From Squalus acanthias (lineage: Eukaryota): a DNA stretch of 64,000 nucleotides. The notes under the pieces are model-generated. The model searched no databases. It had not been told where the DNA came from and saw nothing but the letters and a program-made list of their open reading frames with translations. Positions 13,180 to 26,388 of this stretch are shown here, one piece after another. Where the stretch lies: assembly GCA_030390025.1 (NCBI GenBank), contig CM059432.1:33172001-33236000 (forward strand), given 5' to 3'. Positions within the stretch are counted from its first letter, which is position 1; each line of letters opens with the position of its first letter. The translations under genes were made by a program, and so were the position numbers.

Positions 13180-16100
13180 GATCAAGGACAGCTAGCAAGG
13201 ATTTGTTAAAGGCAAATTGAAGAGATTTTTTAAAATAGTGAGCAATGGGACAGAAAATGTTGAATGCATTTGATGATGTTTATATGGATTTTCAGAAGGC
13301 ATAGAAGTTACAACATGGAAACAGGCTTGGCACAACCAGTCCGTGTCGGCGCTTACTCTCCACATGAGCAGATAGTTTTAATCACATTTACTCACCCTGT
13401 TCCCATATCTCTTCAACCACTTTTCCTTCATCCACCTATCCAATCTAATTTTGAATGTTAACATAGTTTCTGCCTTAACCACTAACCCTGGAAGTGAATT
13501 CCGAAATAAGCCTCAATTTGTGAGAAGAAGTTTCTGCTGCCCTCCGTTCTAAATCTCTTACATTTAAACTTGTATCTATGGCCCCTCATTCTTGACTTCT
13601 CAAGGCATTCAATAAGGTGTCTCTCAAAAGACTTGTTAGAAAGATGGTACAAGGGGAAATGTAGCAGCATGGATAAAAGTTGGTTAATATACAGACGAGT
13701 TAGGTTAAGTGGGTGTTGTTCGGACTGGAAAAGTTGGAAGTGGTGTACCCCAGGGGTCAGTGCTTGCTCCAATTTTGTTCTCTGTACACAGATGATTTGA
13801 ACTTGTGCATCAGGAACACAATCTTGAAATTTGCTGGTGAATCAAAAGTAGGAGATTTGGAAATCAGTGAGGAGTGTTGTAAAATATTAGGATGAAACAG
13901 GTAGGTGGAAAATAGAATAATGAGGTAGTAGATTTTGGGAGGAAAAACAAGGAATATACCTTCAGTGGACGGATGCTGAAGAGTGTGGATGAACAAAAGG
14001 CAACCAACTATAGAGAGGACATTAAAGCCATAGAGAGTGAACAGGGTACATGGGAACATCGGAACAGGGGTAGGTCATTTAGCTCGTCGAGCCTGTTCTG
14101 CTGTTCAAACTCCATATACCCGCCTTTGGCCCATATCCCTTAACAAAAAGCTATCAATCTCAGATTTAAAATTAACAATTGATCTAGCATCAATTGCTGT
14201 TCCAATTGAGAGAGTTCCAAACTTCTATCACCCTTTGTGTGTAGAAGTGTTTTCTAATTTCACGACTCTGGCCCAACTCCCCAACTAGCAGAAATAGTTT
14301 CTCTCTATCTACCCTATCCGTTCCCCTTAATATCTTGAAAACTTCAATCAAATCACCCCTTAATCTTCTAAATTTAAGGGAATACAACCCTAGTTTGTGT
14401 AATCTCTCTTTGTAATTTAACTCTTGGAGTCCAGGTATTATTCTGGTAAATCTACACTGCACTCCCTCCAGGGCCAATATATCCTTCCTAAGGTGTGGTG
14501 CCCAGAACCGCTCACAGTACTCCAGGTGTGGTCTAACCAGGGCTTTGTACGGCTGCAGCATAACTTCTACCCCCTTGTATTCTAGTCCTCGAGATATAAA
14601 GGCCAGCATTCCATTAGCCTTTTTGATTATCTTCTGTACCGGTCCATAACATTTTAATGATCTATGTGCATGGACCGCCAAGTCTCTTTGGACCTCCACT
14701 GATTCTAGCTTTTCACCATTTAGAAAGTACTCTGTTCTATCCTTTTTTTAGGTCCAAAGTGGATGACCACACATTTGCTTTGCTAATTGCTTGCTGTACC
14801 TGCGTGTTAACTTTGTGATTTGTGTACAAGGACACCCATCTCCCTCTGAATATCAACATTTCCCAATCTCTCACCATTTAAACAATATTCACCTTTTCTA
14901 TTTTTCCTACCAAACCTACCAAAATGGATAACTTCACATTTCTCCACATTATATTCCATCTGCCATGTTCTTGCCCAATCACTTAACTTGTCTATATCCC
15001 TTTGCATCCTCCTCCACAACTTACTTTCCCACCTAGCTTTGTATCGTCAGCAAACTTGGATACATTTACACTTTGTCCCAGCATCTAAGTTATGGATATA
15101 GATTGTAAATAGCTGAGGCCTAAGCACTGATCCTTGCGGTACCCCACTAATTACAGCCTGCCAACCCGAAAATTACCCATTTATTCCTGCTCTGTTTTCT
15201 GTGTGTTAACCAATCCTCAATCCATGCTAATATTACCCCCAATCCCATGAGCCCTCATTCTATGTAATAACCTCCTGTGTGGCACCTTATCGAATGCTTT
15301 CTGATAATCCAATTACACTACATCCACTGGTTCTCCCTTATCTACCCTGCTAGCTACAACCTCAAAAAAACTAAGATTTGTCAAACATGATTTCTTTCAT
15401 AAATCCGTGTTGACTCTGCCCAATCATATTCTAAGTGCCCTGTTACCACGCCCCAAATAGATTCTAGCATTTCCTGACTACTGATGTCAGGCTAACTGGT
15501 CTACCATTCCTTGTTTTCTTTCTCCCTTCCTTCTTGAATAGCGGGTTTATATTTGCTACCTTCCAATCCACGTGGACCATTTTAAAATCTAGAGAATCTG
15601 GAAGATCAAAACTAAATGCATCCTCTATCTCTATAGCCACCTCTTTTAAAACCCTAGGATTTAGGCCATCAGGTCCAGGGGATTTGTCGGCTTTCAGCTC
15701 ATTAATTTCTCTAGTACTATTTCTTTACTAATACTAATTACTTTAAGTTCCTCGTTCTCACTAGACACTTGGTTCTCCACTATTTCTGGAATATTTTTTG
15801 TCTTCAGTGAAGACAGACACACCGTATTTGTTTAATGTCTCTGCCATTTCCTTATTCCCCATTATAATTTCTCCTGTCTCTGCCTGTAAGGGACCCACGT
15901 TTACTTTTGCTAATCTCTTCCTTTTTACATACCCATAGAAGCTTTTACAATCTTTTTTTCATGTCTCTTGCTAGTTTACTTTCATAGTTTATTTCTCTCC
16001 ATCAATTTCTTGGTCCTCCTTTGCTGAATTCTAAATCCTCCCAATCATCAGGCTTTCTACTCTCTGTCCACATTATAAGCCTCTTTCCTTATTCTAATAC

Positions 16101-18250
16101 TATCTTTAACTTATCTTGTTAGCCATGATTGGACCATTTTTTCCTGTGGGATTTTTATTTCTTAAGAGAATGTATATTCGTTGTGAACTATGAATTATTT
16201 CTTTAAATGTTTGCCATTGCTTATGTACTGTCATATCTTTTAATCTAGTTTCCCAACCTATCTTGGACAATTCGCCTCGCATACCTACGAGGTTTGCTTT
16301 GTTCATATTTAAGACCCTAGTTTCTCACTTAACTAAATTATTAGAAAATTCTATCTCATTATGATCACTACACCCAAGGCTCCTTTACTCCAAGGTTATT
16401 AATTAACCCTGTCTCATTGCACAATGCTAGATCTAAAATATCCTGTTCCCTAGTTGGTTCCTCGACATACTTATCTAGAAAACTATCTTGAATACATTCC
16501 ATGACTGCTATTAAATCTGGCTTTTTACTCATTACTAAATCTAATATGGCCTTGCCCCTTGTTGGTTCTAGGACATATTGTTGCAGAAAACCATTCTGAA
16601 CACACTCAAGAAATTCATTACCTTTGTGACATGAGATAGTCTGCTTATCCTAATCTATATGAAGGTTAATGATTTCCCCCCCCCCCTTAAAACCACTCTG
16701 CCTTTGCTACATGCTTCTCTAATCTTTGCATTTCTACATTCTACCACTTCACAGTTGCTACCAGAGGCCCTATACAAACTCTGACTACAGTCTTAAATCC
16801 ATTTCTATTTCTTAATTTTCCCCATAAAGTCTCCACTGCCAACTTGCCTCTCATCATTGAAGTGACTTCATCCTTAATCACTAAGGCTATTCCTCCCCCT
16901 CTACCATTTTCTCTATCTTTCCTGTAGACTTTATAACCTGGTATATTTAGTTCCCAGTCCTGACCGTCTTGCAGCTATATCTCAGTAATGGCTACCATGT
17001 CATACCCTCCAAGTTGAATTTGCACCTGAAATTCATTCAATTTGTTCCATATACTCAGTGTGTTTGTATAAAGAATGCTTATTTGGGCCACACACCCTAA
17101 CCTGTCCTGCTCTAATGTTTTACTCACTTATTTCTCTCTCCTGGTTTAATTACTTTAAACCTTTTAGTTGTCCCTTTTACCTGTAGTGCCTAAAGCACAA
17201 TTTCTGACTATTACTCTACTCTCTTCCTTTTCGATTGTTTTAGAGCTATTACTGTTACCTTTTCTACCTGAGCCCTCGCCTCATTTACTAGTTTAAAGTC
17301 CCCGTGACCATCCTATTTATCCTTTCTCCTAGGACCCTGGTCCCAGGTGGAGCCCGCCCCAATGGTACACTTCCTTCCTGTCCCAGTACTGTTGCCAATG
17401 TCCCATGAAATGGAACCACTCCTTCAGCCATGTGTTCACCTCCCTAATCTGCTTATCCCTACGCCAATTTCATGTGGCTCAGGAAATAATCCAGAGGTCC
17501 TGTTCTTTAATTTAGCTCCTCGCTCCTGGTACACTCCAAACAGAAACTATTGCCTACTCTCTTTCCTATGTTGTTGGTTCCAACATGGACCACAATGACT
17601 GGATCCTACTCCCTTTCTCCCCCCCCCCCCCCGCCCCCCTCCAATATTCTTTCAAGCCGGTTCGAGATGTCCCTCACCCTGGTACCAGGTAGGTAACCTA
17701 CCATGTGTGACTCTCGATCCTGCTTATAAAGAATGCTCTTTGTCTTATTGAATCTCCTACAACACCACTTCCCTCCTCCTTCCCTCCCCCACTTTGGACA
17801 GCCTCCTGCTCCAAGGTGCCATGGTCAGCATTCTGGCTGTCCTGACAGTCTTTATCCATATCCTCACGGGTAGCAAGTACGTTGTGCATGTTGGATAGGA
17901 TCAGTTTCAGCGGATCCTTGTTCTCTATCGCACCTGGGTTCTCCTTGCTCTATACACTACCAGTCACACCAACCCCATTCTGATCCTCCATCCCTCTATG
18001 TGGTGTATCCAAGGTCTAGATCAAACTGTCCAGATATTTCTCTCCTTCTCGTGTGTCACAGTGTCTCCAACTTGCACTCAGCTGAATGACTGAGCTGGAG
18101 AGATTCAAGATAGAGATGTGCAGTCATGTTTGCTCGGGACAGTCTCTGTGTCCACTAACTCCCACATGCTGCCGTCCAGACACACCATATGCTCTGCCAT
18201 ATCATAGTCTATATTATTTATGTCTACTTTTTAGTCTGTCGTAAGTTTAT
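13180..18250. mobile_element. Cluster of degenerate CR1 pieces (+ at ~13180-14020; - at 13300-13600 and 14030-18250, including an ORF1 remnant)
   Basis: ORF 14190-14699 KKANGMLAFI..LVRPHLEYC..RRLRGDLIEVFKI; WQMEYNVEKCEVIHFG; VVGDSI at 17698-17889. Confidence 0.85.
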
Positions 18251-18439
18251 TTTTTAGACAGTAACTTGCACTAAGCACTAAAATACTAGACAAAATGTTA
18301 AATACTTACTGCTTCAAGCTTACACGAACCACTACAAGTATTGGAGGGATAAAGCAGCATCTCCTTCCCCCTCTGCACCAATTCCCACTCTTGCTAAATT
18401 TCCAACTTTACACTCAGTTTACAATGTATTCCGTTTGTC

Positions 18440-18975
18440 ATTCACCAGGATGATGCCAGGGATAGGAAACTATATTTGTGAGGAGAGACTTGAGATGGTG
18501 GGATTATAGATACTGGAATTATTTCCATTGGCGCAGAGATGGCTATGCGGAGATTTGATATTTTTTAACATTATGGAGGGTTTTAATAGCGTGAGTAGGA
18601 AAAGACAATTTCCTCCTAGGTGGAGAGTCTGAGATAAAGGGTCACCAGTTTAAAATTGTCAGAGAGAGATGAGGAGAACTTTCTTTACATAAAGGGTTGT
18701 TGGAGTGTGGAATGCTTTGCGATAGGAAGTGGCTGTGGACTATTGCATCTGTTGGGAAATTGGATGAATATTTGAAGCAGAGAAAAATACAGGGCTGTGA
18801 GAAGAGGAGGCAGTGCAATGAGTTTTGGATTGTCTTTTGTCTAACTACACTTCTGTAAAGCACCTTGGGTTGTTTTGCTACATTAAAGATGCTATATAAA
18901 TTCAAGTTGTTAGATTGCTCGATGAAGAGCTGGTACTGACTTGATGGGCCCCCTTTGTGTGAAACTTATATGATT
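18440..18975 (+). mobile_element. Degenerate CR1 3' end
   Basis: ttcaccaggatgatgccaggg...gtcaccagtttaaaatt...gtgtggaatgctttgc match the other CR1 3' ends. Confidence 0.75.
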
Positions 18976-19251
18976 CTCATACAGTGATGAAACTCTAAAG
19001 AGCGAGAGTTAAAATAATGTTGGCTGGTGATAATCACTTTTTCTTCCTGTTCTTAAATATTTTCTTTCTCTTACTTTTGAAGACTAAGTCGTGCTGGGGT
19101 GCAGTTGCATGGTGGCTAAAGGGCCAATTTTAACTCTGCCACCACCCGGCAGGAAGTTAAAATGGCCTGTGGATCTTATCCGAACAGATCACGCTGGTTC
19201 CGATCTTAACCTCTTCTGCAGAGGGATTTAGTTGTTCGTGTACTTATCAAT

Positions 19252-21402
19252 CTTCTTCTTAGGCAGTCCCTCGGAACCGAGGATGACTTGCTTCCACATT
19301 AAAAATGAGTTCTCAGGTGACTGATGAGTCCAATGCGGGACCTACAGTCTCTGTCACAGGTGGGGCAGACGGTGGTTGAAGGGGTGGGTGGATGGGGTGC
19401 TTGGGTTGACGTGTGCTGCTTCCGCTTGCTCCCGGTGAAGAGACTCGAGGTGTTCGGCGCCTTCCCGGATGTTTCTCCTCCACTTTGTGCATCTTGGGCC
19501 AGGCATTCCCAGGTGTCAGTGGGGATGTTGCACTTTTTCAAGAAGGCTTTGAAGCGTTTCCTCTGCCCACCTGGGACTCTCTTGCCGTGTCGGAGCTCCG
19601 AGTAGAGCGCTTCTTTTGGGAGTCTCGTATCGGGCATGTGGACGATGTGGCCCGTCCATCGGAGCTGATAGAGCGTGGTCAAAGCTTCGATGCAGGGGAT
19701 GTTGGCCTGAGCGAGAACACGGACGTTGGTGCGCCTATCCTGCCAATGGATTTGCAGGATCTTGCGGAGGCAGTGTTGGTGGTACCTCTGCAGTGCTTTG
19801 AGGTGCCTGCTGTACATGGTCCATGTCTCTGAAGCATACAGGAGGGCGGGTATCACTATTGCTCTGTATACCATGAGCTTGGTGCTGGGTTTGAGGTACT
19901 GGTCTTCAAACACTCTCTTCCTCAGGTGACCGAAGGCTGCACTGGCACACTGAAGGCGGTGTTGGACTTCGTCATCGACGTCTGCCCTTGTTGACCGTAG
20001 GCTCCCGAGGTATGGAAAGTGGTCCATGTTGTCCAAGGCCTTGTCACGGATTTTGATAATTGGGGAGCAGTACTGTGTGGTGGGGGCAGGTTGGGAGAGG
20101 ACCTTTGTCTTACGGATGTTTAGTGTAAGGCCCATGCTCTCGTAAGCTTCGGTGAAGGTGTTGATGATGGTTTGGAGTTTGGCCTCGGTGTGCGCAGACG
20201 CAAGCGTCGTCTGCATACTGTAATTCGACGACAGAGGATGGGACGACGTTGGATCTGGACTGGAGGTGACGCAGGTTGAACAGTTTCCCGTTTGTTCTGT
20301 AGATTAGCTCCACTCCAGCGGGGAGCTTACTGAGGGTGAGATGGAGCATTGCACCAGGAAGATCAGGAAGAGCGTTGGTGCGATGACACAGCCTTGCTTG
20401 ACCCCGGTCCATACGTGAATTGGGTGTGTGGTGGATCCGTTGGTCAGGACACGGCTTGCATGTCGTCGTGAAGCAGGCGGAGGATGGTGACAAACTTTTG
20501 AGGGCAGCCGAAATTGAGGGGGACGCTCCATAATCCCTCACGGTTGATGGTGTCGAAGGCCTTTGTGAGGTCAAAGAAGGCCATGTACAGCGGTTGGTGC
20601 TGTTCCCTGCATTTCTCTTGTAGTTGACGCGCGGTGAAGATCATGTCAATTTTGCCCCTTACTGGGCAGAATCCGCATTGCGACTCTAGGAGCTCTTGGG
20701 GAGAACGCGATTGAGGAGGATTCTTGCGATGACTTTCCCTGTGGCAGACAGCAGGGAGACTCCTTTGTAATTACCGCAATCGGACTTGTCACCTTTCTTG
20801 AAGATGGTCACGATTACGACATCTCTGAGATCCCCTGGCATGCTCTCCTCCTTCCAAATAAGAGAAATGAGTTCATGTATTCGCGCCAATAGTGCTTCTC
20901 CGCCATGTTTTAGTGCCTCGGCGGGGATTCCATCTGCTCCTGAGGCCGCCTTGTTCTTCAGTTGTCGGATGTCCTTTTCAACCTCATGCCGGGCTGGGGT
21001 TGTGCTGAGATGGTGGCGGGTAGCATGCTGCGGGATAGAGTTGAGGACACTCACGTCGAAGACAGAGTCTCGGTTAAGGAGATCTTCGAAGTGCTCCTTC
21101 CAGCGGGCACGGACTGCCTCTCTGTCCTTGATGAGTACCTCTCCATTCTTGGCCTGCAGTGGGCTAGGGACTTGGGTGCTTGGGCCGTAGGTGGTCTTGA
21201 CTACGCTAAAGAATCCACGCACGTCGTGGTTATCCGCTAGCTGCTGGATCTCCTGTGCTTTCTCCACCCACCATCTGTTCTTTAGGTCGTGAGTTTTTTG
21301 TTGGACCTCTGCATTCAGGCGCCTGTAGAGCTGCTTTCTTGCTCTCGAGTTCTGTTGCTGTTTCCAGATCAGGAATGCCTTGCGCTTGCGGCTTATTAGC
21401 TC
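19252..21402 (-). mobile_element. RTE-clade LINE, 5'-truncated, young, inserted into a CR1
   Basis: GADGIPAEALKHGG, DCGNYKGVSLLS, MIFTARQLQEKCREQ, FFDLTKAFD, GVKQGCVIAPTLF, LQYADDA, C-terminal CPTC..HLRTH; (AAG)n tail. 9-bp TSD CTTATCAAT at 19243-19251 and 21403-21411. Confidence 0.95.
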
Positions 21403-23305
21403 CTTATCAATAAAAGCTAGTGCACAGATACAATTAGTAGTAATCAAAAAGGCTAATGGAATGTTGGCCTTTATCGCAGGGGGAAGGGAATACACAAGTG
21501 AGGAAGTAAAGCTTCAGTTGTACAGAGACTTGGTGAGACCCCATTCTGTCGTACTGCGTTTAGTTTTGGCCATGGCACCTCAGGAATGGTAAATTGGCCT
21601 TGGTGGGGGTACAGCACAGATTCACCAGAATTATAGCAGGGTTAAGTTGAGAACAGGTTGCATAAACTTGGCTTATATTTCCTTGAGTTTAGAACGTTGA
21701 GGGGTGATCTTGTTGAGGTATTTAGATAGTTAGATAGATTTCTAGACACAAAAGGCATCAAGGGGTATGGGGAGAGAACGGGAATATGGTATTCAGATCA
21801 GCCATGATCATATTGAATGGCGGAGCAGACTCGAAGGGCCGAATGGCCTACTACTCCTCCTATTTTTCTGTTTGTTTCTAAATTATAAAGTGATTCAATA
21901 GGATGGATACAGCGGGGGGGAAATTTTAACACGGTGACGGGCGGGGAGGGAGAACCGGACCAGTAGCATGTGGGGAACCCGGAAGTAACTGCAGCGCATC
22001 TGTCAGTGGCTTTTTAACCCAGCCACTACATTTTCATCTGACTTTCACGTGTCCTGACCAATTGGTGCGAGTGGGTGTGATGACGACACGCATGAGTCTA
22101 TTTCAGCTGATCTGTTTAAAGGGACACTGCAAAGGTGACAGTTGAAGGATTGTGGACGTGGGGGGAACAGAGGCAGCAACTGCAGTAATGGATTCCCAAT
22201 GTGGCAAGGCTGCGCCTCAGTTCACAGCTGCCGCTCTAGACCTGATGCTGCAGTCTGTAAGGGCCCTCGGGGAGATGTTTTTCCCTGCCGACGGGAGGAA
22301 GAAACCTGCCTTGGAGAACAAGAAGGCGTGGCTGGAGATTGCTGAGCAGGCGAGCAGCAGGAGTGTGGTGCCACGCTCCTGGATGCAGTACCGGAAGAGG
22401 TTTAATGACCTAATCAGGGCAGGGAAGGTGAGTGCAATGGCACATTGAATTACATCCTGATGTGCGTATCACCCCAACACCCTCACTCTACCTTCCCAAG
22501 CCGAAAACAGCATAAACGGCACCCATGCTGATCTGATCTGACTGATGGAGTGTGGAGATCAGACGCACAAACCTCCAAAGTAGTGAAAGCAAACTCTCAG
22601 AACAAGTACTGTAAGCAAAAGCCTTTCACCTTAGGCAAGGAAGCAGGTGTGAGGTCTCAGTCAATTGTTCAGCCTCCTCAATTGCCGCTGTGCTCTCACC
22701 TTGCTTTCACTGGCGAGTTCAGGAAGCCCGAGAAACCTGTGCACCCACAGTTAAAGTTGAAAACCCCTGTTTAGAAAGTTCTTCTTACCTCTTAACATAT
22801 TTAAATTGGTGACCCGCCTCTCCCGAGGGGTTTCTTGCACGCGCTGCAGTTAAATACCGAAGTCGGCGGGTTGGAGCCAGCTTCCCGATGCTCTGTCAAT
22901 TTCAGCGCTTTTAACCATCCACACAACAACTTGTATTTATATAGCGCTTTTAATGTAGTAAAATGTCCCAAGGCGCTGCATAGGAGTATTATAAGACAAA
23001 AAATGTGACCACTCCCAAATATATTCGCTCTTTGAAGTAAAAATTCCCCCCAGAGAAACTATTTCCTCTGGTGGGGAAACCAGAACAAGAGGATATCATT
23101 TAAAATTAGAGCTAGGCTGTGGAGAAGTGAAATCAGGAACTCCTCTCCAAAAGGCAGTGGATGCTAGGTTAATTGAAGCTTTCAAGACTGAGCTTGATGG
23201 ATTTTCGTTAGATAAGGATATGGAACAATTTCGGGTAAATGAATTTGATCTAAGCTGATGGGACAGGCTCAAGGGGCTGAATGGCCTACTGCAATGTTCT
23301 GAATA
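21403..23305 (+). mobile_element. CR1 3' region hosting the RTE, a second CR1 tail (~21725-21880) and a Harbinger
   Basis: KKANGMLAFI..LYRDLVRPH; the sequence resumes after 23050 with gagaaactatttcctctg...gggctgaatggcctact. Confidence 0.85.
21913..23050 (+). mobile_element. Non-autonomous Harbinger retaining an open Myb/SANT exon 1 (22188-22427)
   Basis: TIRs gggggaaatttt / aaaaattccccc, 3-bp TSD CAG. 80 open codons MDSQCGKAAPQF..FPADGRKKP..WLEIA..RSWMQYRKRFNDLIRAGK|gtgagt. Confidence 0.85.
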
Positions 23306-23861
23306 GTTGAGAGGGACACATACTGGAAGCCAGAGAGTCTTGAAATGTGAAGATCGGGGCCCGACTGCAATTTTAACAGAGACCCACATGGGGAAGTAGT
23401 TGTGGCTTCCCTGCCAAGCTCCCCTCGTGGGAAGAGCTGGCACCAGAAGAGGCCCAAAAAGTTAAGTGGGTTTTCTTATTTTGACTCCTTTTTATGGGGC
23501 TCGACATCCTGTTTCCACGCACTGGCGAGCTGCCCCTTCCCACCGGGGTCAGGCAGGAGACTCAGGGGCCCGGGAGTTAAAACCTCCTAGGCCTCATGCT
23601 GCCGTGGTCCGGATGATTTGCCGTCTACCCTGGCCTGTTCCGCATGGCTTCCACCAAGTTAAAATTGGGGCTTACGACAATGAGTATTGGCAGGCTATTT
23701 GACCACAGGGATCTCGGATCAGTTCTATGTGCATGCAGGTATTTTCTAGCAGGGGCGACCGGCTTGCTAAAGGGAATCCTAATTCTTCCTAGCCTCAGGA
23801 TACTGATGACTGGCTATGGGGTGTTTTCATTGTTTCAAAGCTACAGAAACCTATACATCTT

Positions 23862-24270
23862 GGGTGTTAGTCATGGCTCAATGGTGGCACTCTCGCCTCT
23901 GAGTCACAAGGTTGTGGGTTCAAGTCCCACTCCAAAGACTTGAGCGCAAAATCTAGGCTGACACTCCAGAACAGTACTGAGGGAGTGCTGCACTGTCAGA
24001 GGTGTTATCTTTCGGGTGAGACATTAAATTGAGGCTCCACCTGACCCCTCAGGTGGATGTAAAGGATCCCATGGCCCTATCGAAGAAGAGCAGGGGAGTT
24101 CTCCCTCAACATCACTAAAACATTGCTGTTTGTGGGACCTTGCTATGTGAAAATTGGCTGCTGTGTTTCCTACATTACAAGTGACTACACTTCAAAATTA
24201 CTTAATCGGATGTAAAGTGTTTTGGGATGTCTTCAGGTCGTGGAAGGTGCTAGATAAATACAAGTCTTTT
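23862..24270 (+). mobile_element. Deu-domain SINE (SacSINE1-like), near full length
   Basis: A/B boxes, Deu core and L2-type 3' tail; homologous to 7277-7652. Confidence 0.85.
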
Positions 24271-24934
24271 GAGTAGCTAATTAACACTGGAAATTATCAT
24301 GGCAATCAGCTTAGCTTCATGTCAACTGTCTTAATGTTCAGACAATGAGCTAAATATAATTTAACAAGACCCCATTCAGGAAATGCAGCAGAGCCCAATT
24401 GTGATCTGTCAATTCAGCATAGACCAGGGATTTAGCCCTGAGATTTTCCTAATCTAGGTGATTCATTACCACATTGAGCAATGCACTTCCCCACTAAGGA
24501 AGTTCTTAATCACACCCTTGATCTCTCTTCTGCTTTTCATTCCTCTCTTCGCAAAAGGTTGCAGAGAAATTATATTCGGAGTGTTCTAATTATAAACGAT
24601 GGATTTCATTGTAGGCGGGAGAGTAGGCAAAACAGCGACTGGACTTAAATGGGAGACAAGAAAAACGAGAGCTCATACAAAGCGGATTTGGTGTTGAGCA
24701 TGTTATTTTGGAAAAGCTAACTTCAGGTGAACAATGCCTTGGAACTAAATATTAGTTGAAGCCATGATACGTTGTATATTTTCTTATTCGCGATCACTGT
24801 TGAACTGCTTCCCTATAGCTGGAAAGAGAGTACAATCAAATTAATTGCAAATTATCCCCAACCAGCCCGGCTTAGGTCACCTCCGGCAAATACTTGAATA
24901 AGACCCAATTAATTTTTTTCTGATTTCACCTGTT

Positions 24935-25440
24935 AACTTGGTTCAGTGAGAACATTCTTAGCTCTGGGTCAAAAGGGTATGGCTTCAATACCACATCGAG
25001 TAATGCATTTACCAACTTAAGCTCTTAATATTACCCAAGGCATTGTTCGCCTGAAGTTAGCATTGCCCCAAAAAATGCTGATACTTCAGTACAATACGGA
25101 GAGTGTTGGAGATGCTACCTTTCAGATAAGATGCTGGGGATGAATTTCCGTTGGGGTTCTTTTACTTGCCCCCAGAACTTTGTAGAAGAGGTACGGAAAC
25201 CCTGAAATGAAAGGTGCAACACCGTTTACTCCATGTTCTGGACATTTCTGCGCCACTTACGCTGACGTTAAGGCAGATGAGTGCAGGGACCCTGTGAAAA
25301 TTCAACCCGCTGAACTAAGACCCTAGCTGTCTGTCCAGGTCTATTTACAGGATCCCATGGCACTATCTGAAGAAGATTGAGTTCTCCCAGTATCCTGGCC
25401 AATATTGCTCAGTCAATGAGCACCACCAGCAAAACAGATC
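24935..25440 (+). mobile_element. Old Deu-domain SINE with insertions (a ~70-bp piece and a MITE at ~25136-25308)
   Basis: Degenerate head; gatcccatggcactatctgaagaag core; inner MITE termini ggggatgaatttc / aaaattcaaccc. Confidence 0.65.
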
Positions 25441-25879
25441 GTCATGTAGGCACACATGGCAGCATATTTGTGGAACAGCAAGGTCCCACAAACAGTAAGG
25501 AATGACCAATGAATATGCTTCCAATGTAGTTGATTGACTAAGTGCTTTGGGACCTCTTGGTATGAAAGAACGTTATATAAATAAAAGTTCTTTTCTTGTT
25601 GGTAGAGCATATACACAGCACTTTTTTTCTTTTCAATTTTGTTCTTTTTCCCCCCTGAAGGTGTTGATTCCCTTACAGGGTCTTGTTCTACTTTCAGTAA
25701 CCACCCTGTTCCTTCATCTGAATGACCAGGATTCATGGTGCATAGCATTGTGGACATGTAATGCACTGTCTTTTTGATTTTTTTTTAAGTAGAAGAGAGG
25801 AGATTAAACCCACGGAAGACTTGACAGACTGGTTCCCATTACTTGTTAGTCCTGTTTTTACTAAATGTCAACTTAACTT

Positions 25880-26388
25880 AACCTTGAGGTCATCCAAAAC
25901 TCGCTGCCCGTGCCCTAACTCGCACCAAGTCCCGTTCGCCCTTCTCCCCTGTGCTTGCTGAACTACATTGGTTCCCGGTTAAGCAGTGCCTCGATTTCAA
26001 AATTCTCATCCTTGTTTTCAAATCCCTCCATGGCCTCGCCCCTTCCTATCTCTGTAATCTCCTTCAGCCTCACAACAACCCCCCCCCCCCACCGAGATAT
26101 CTGCGCTCTGCTAATTCTGCCCTCTTCAGCATCCCTGATTATAATCGCTCAACCTTTGGTGGCCGTGCCCAGGCCCAAAGCTCTGGCATACCCTGCCTAA
26201 ACCTGTCCGCCTCGCTACCTCTCTTTCCTCCTTTAAGACGCTCCTTAAAACCTACCTCTTTTGGCCACCTGCCCTAATTTATCCTTATGTGGATCGGTGT
26301 CAAATTTTTTGTCTTTAAGTACTCCTGTGCAGCACCTTGGGATGTTTTACTACGTTAAAGGCGCTATATAAATACAAGTTGCTGTTGT
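25880..26388 (+). mobile_element. L2 LINE 3' end
   Basis: LAELHWFPVKQCLDFKILILVFKSLHGLAPSYL; tail gcgctatataaatacaagttgctgttg. Confidence 0.9.
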
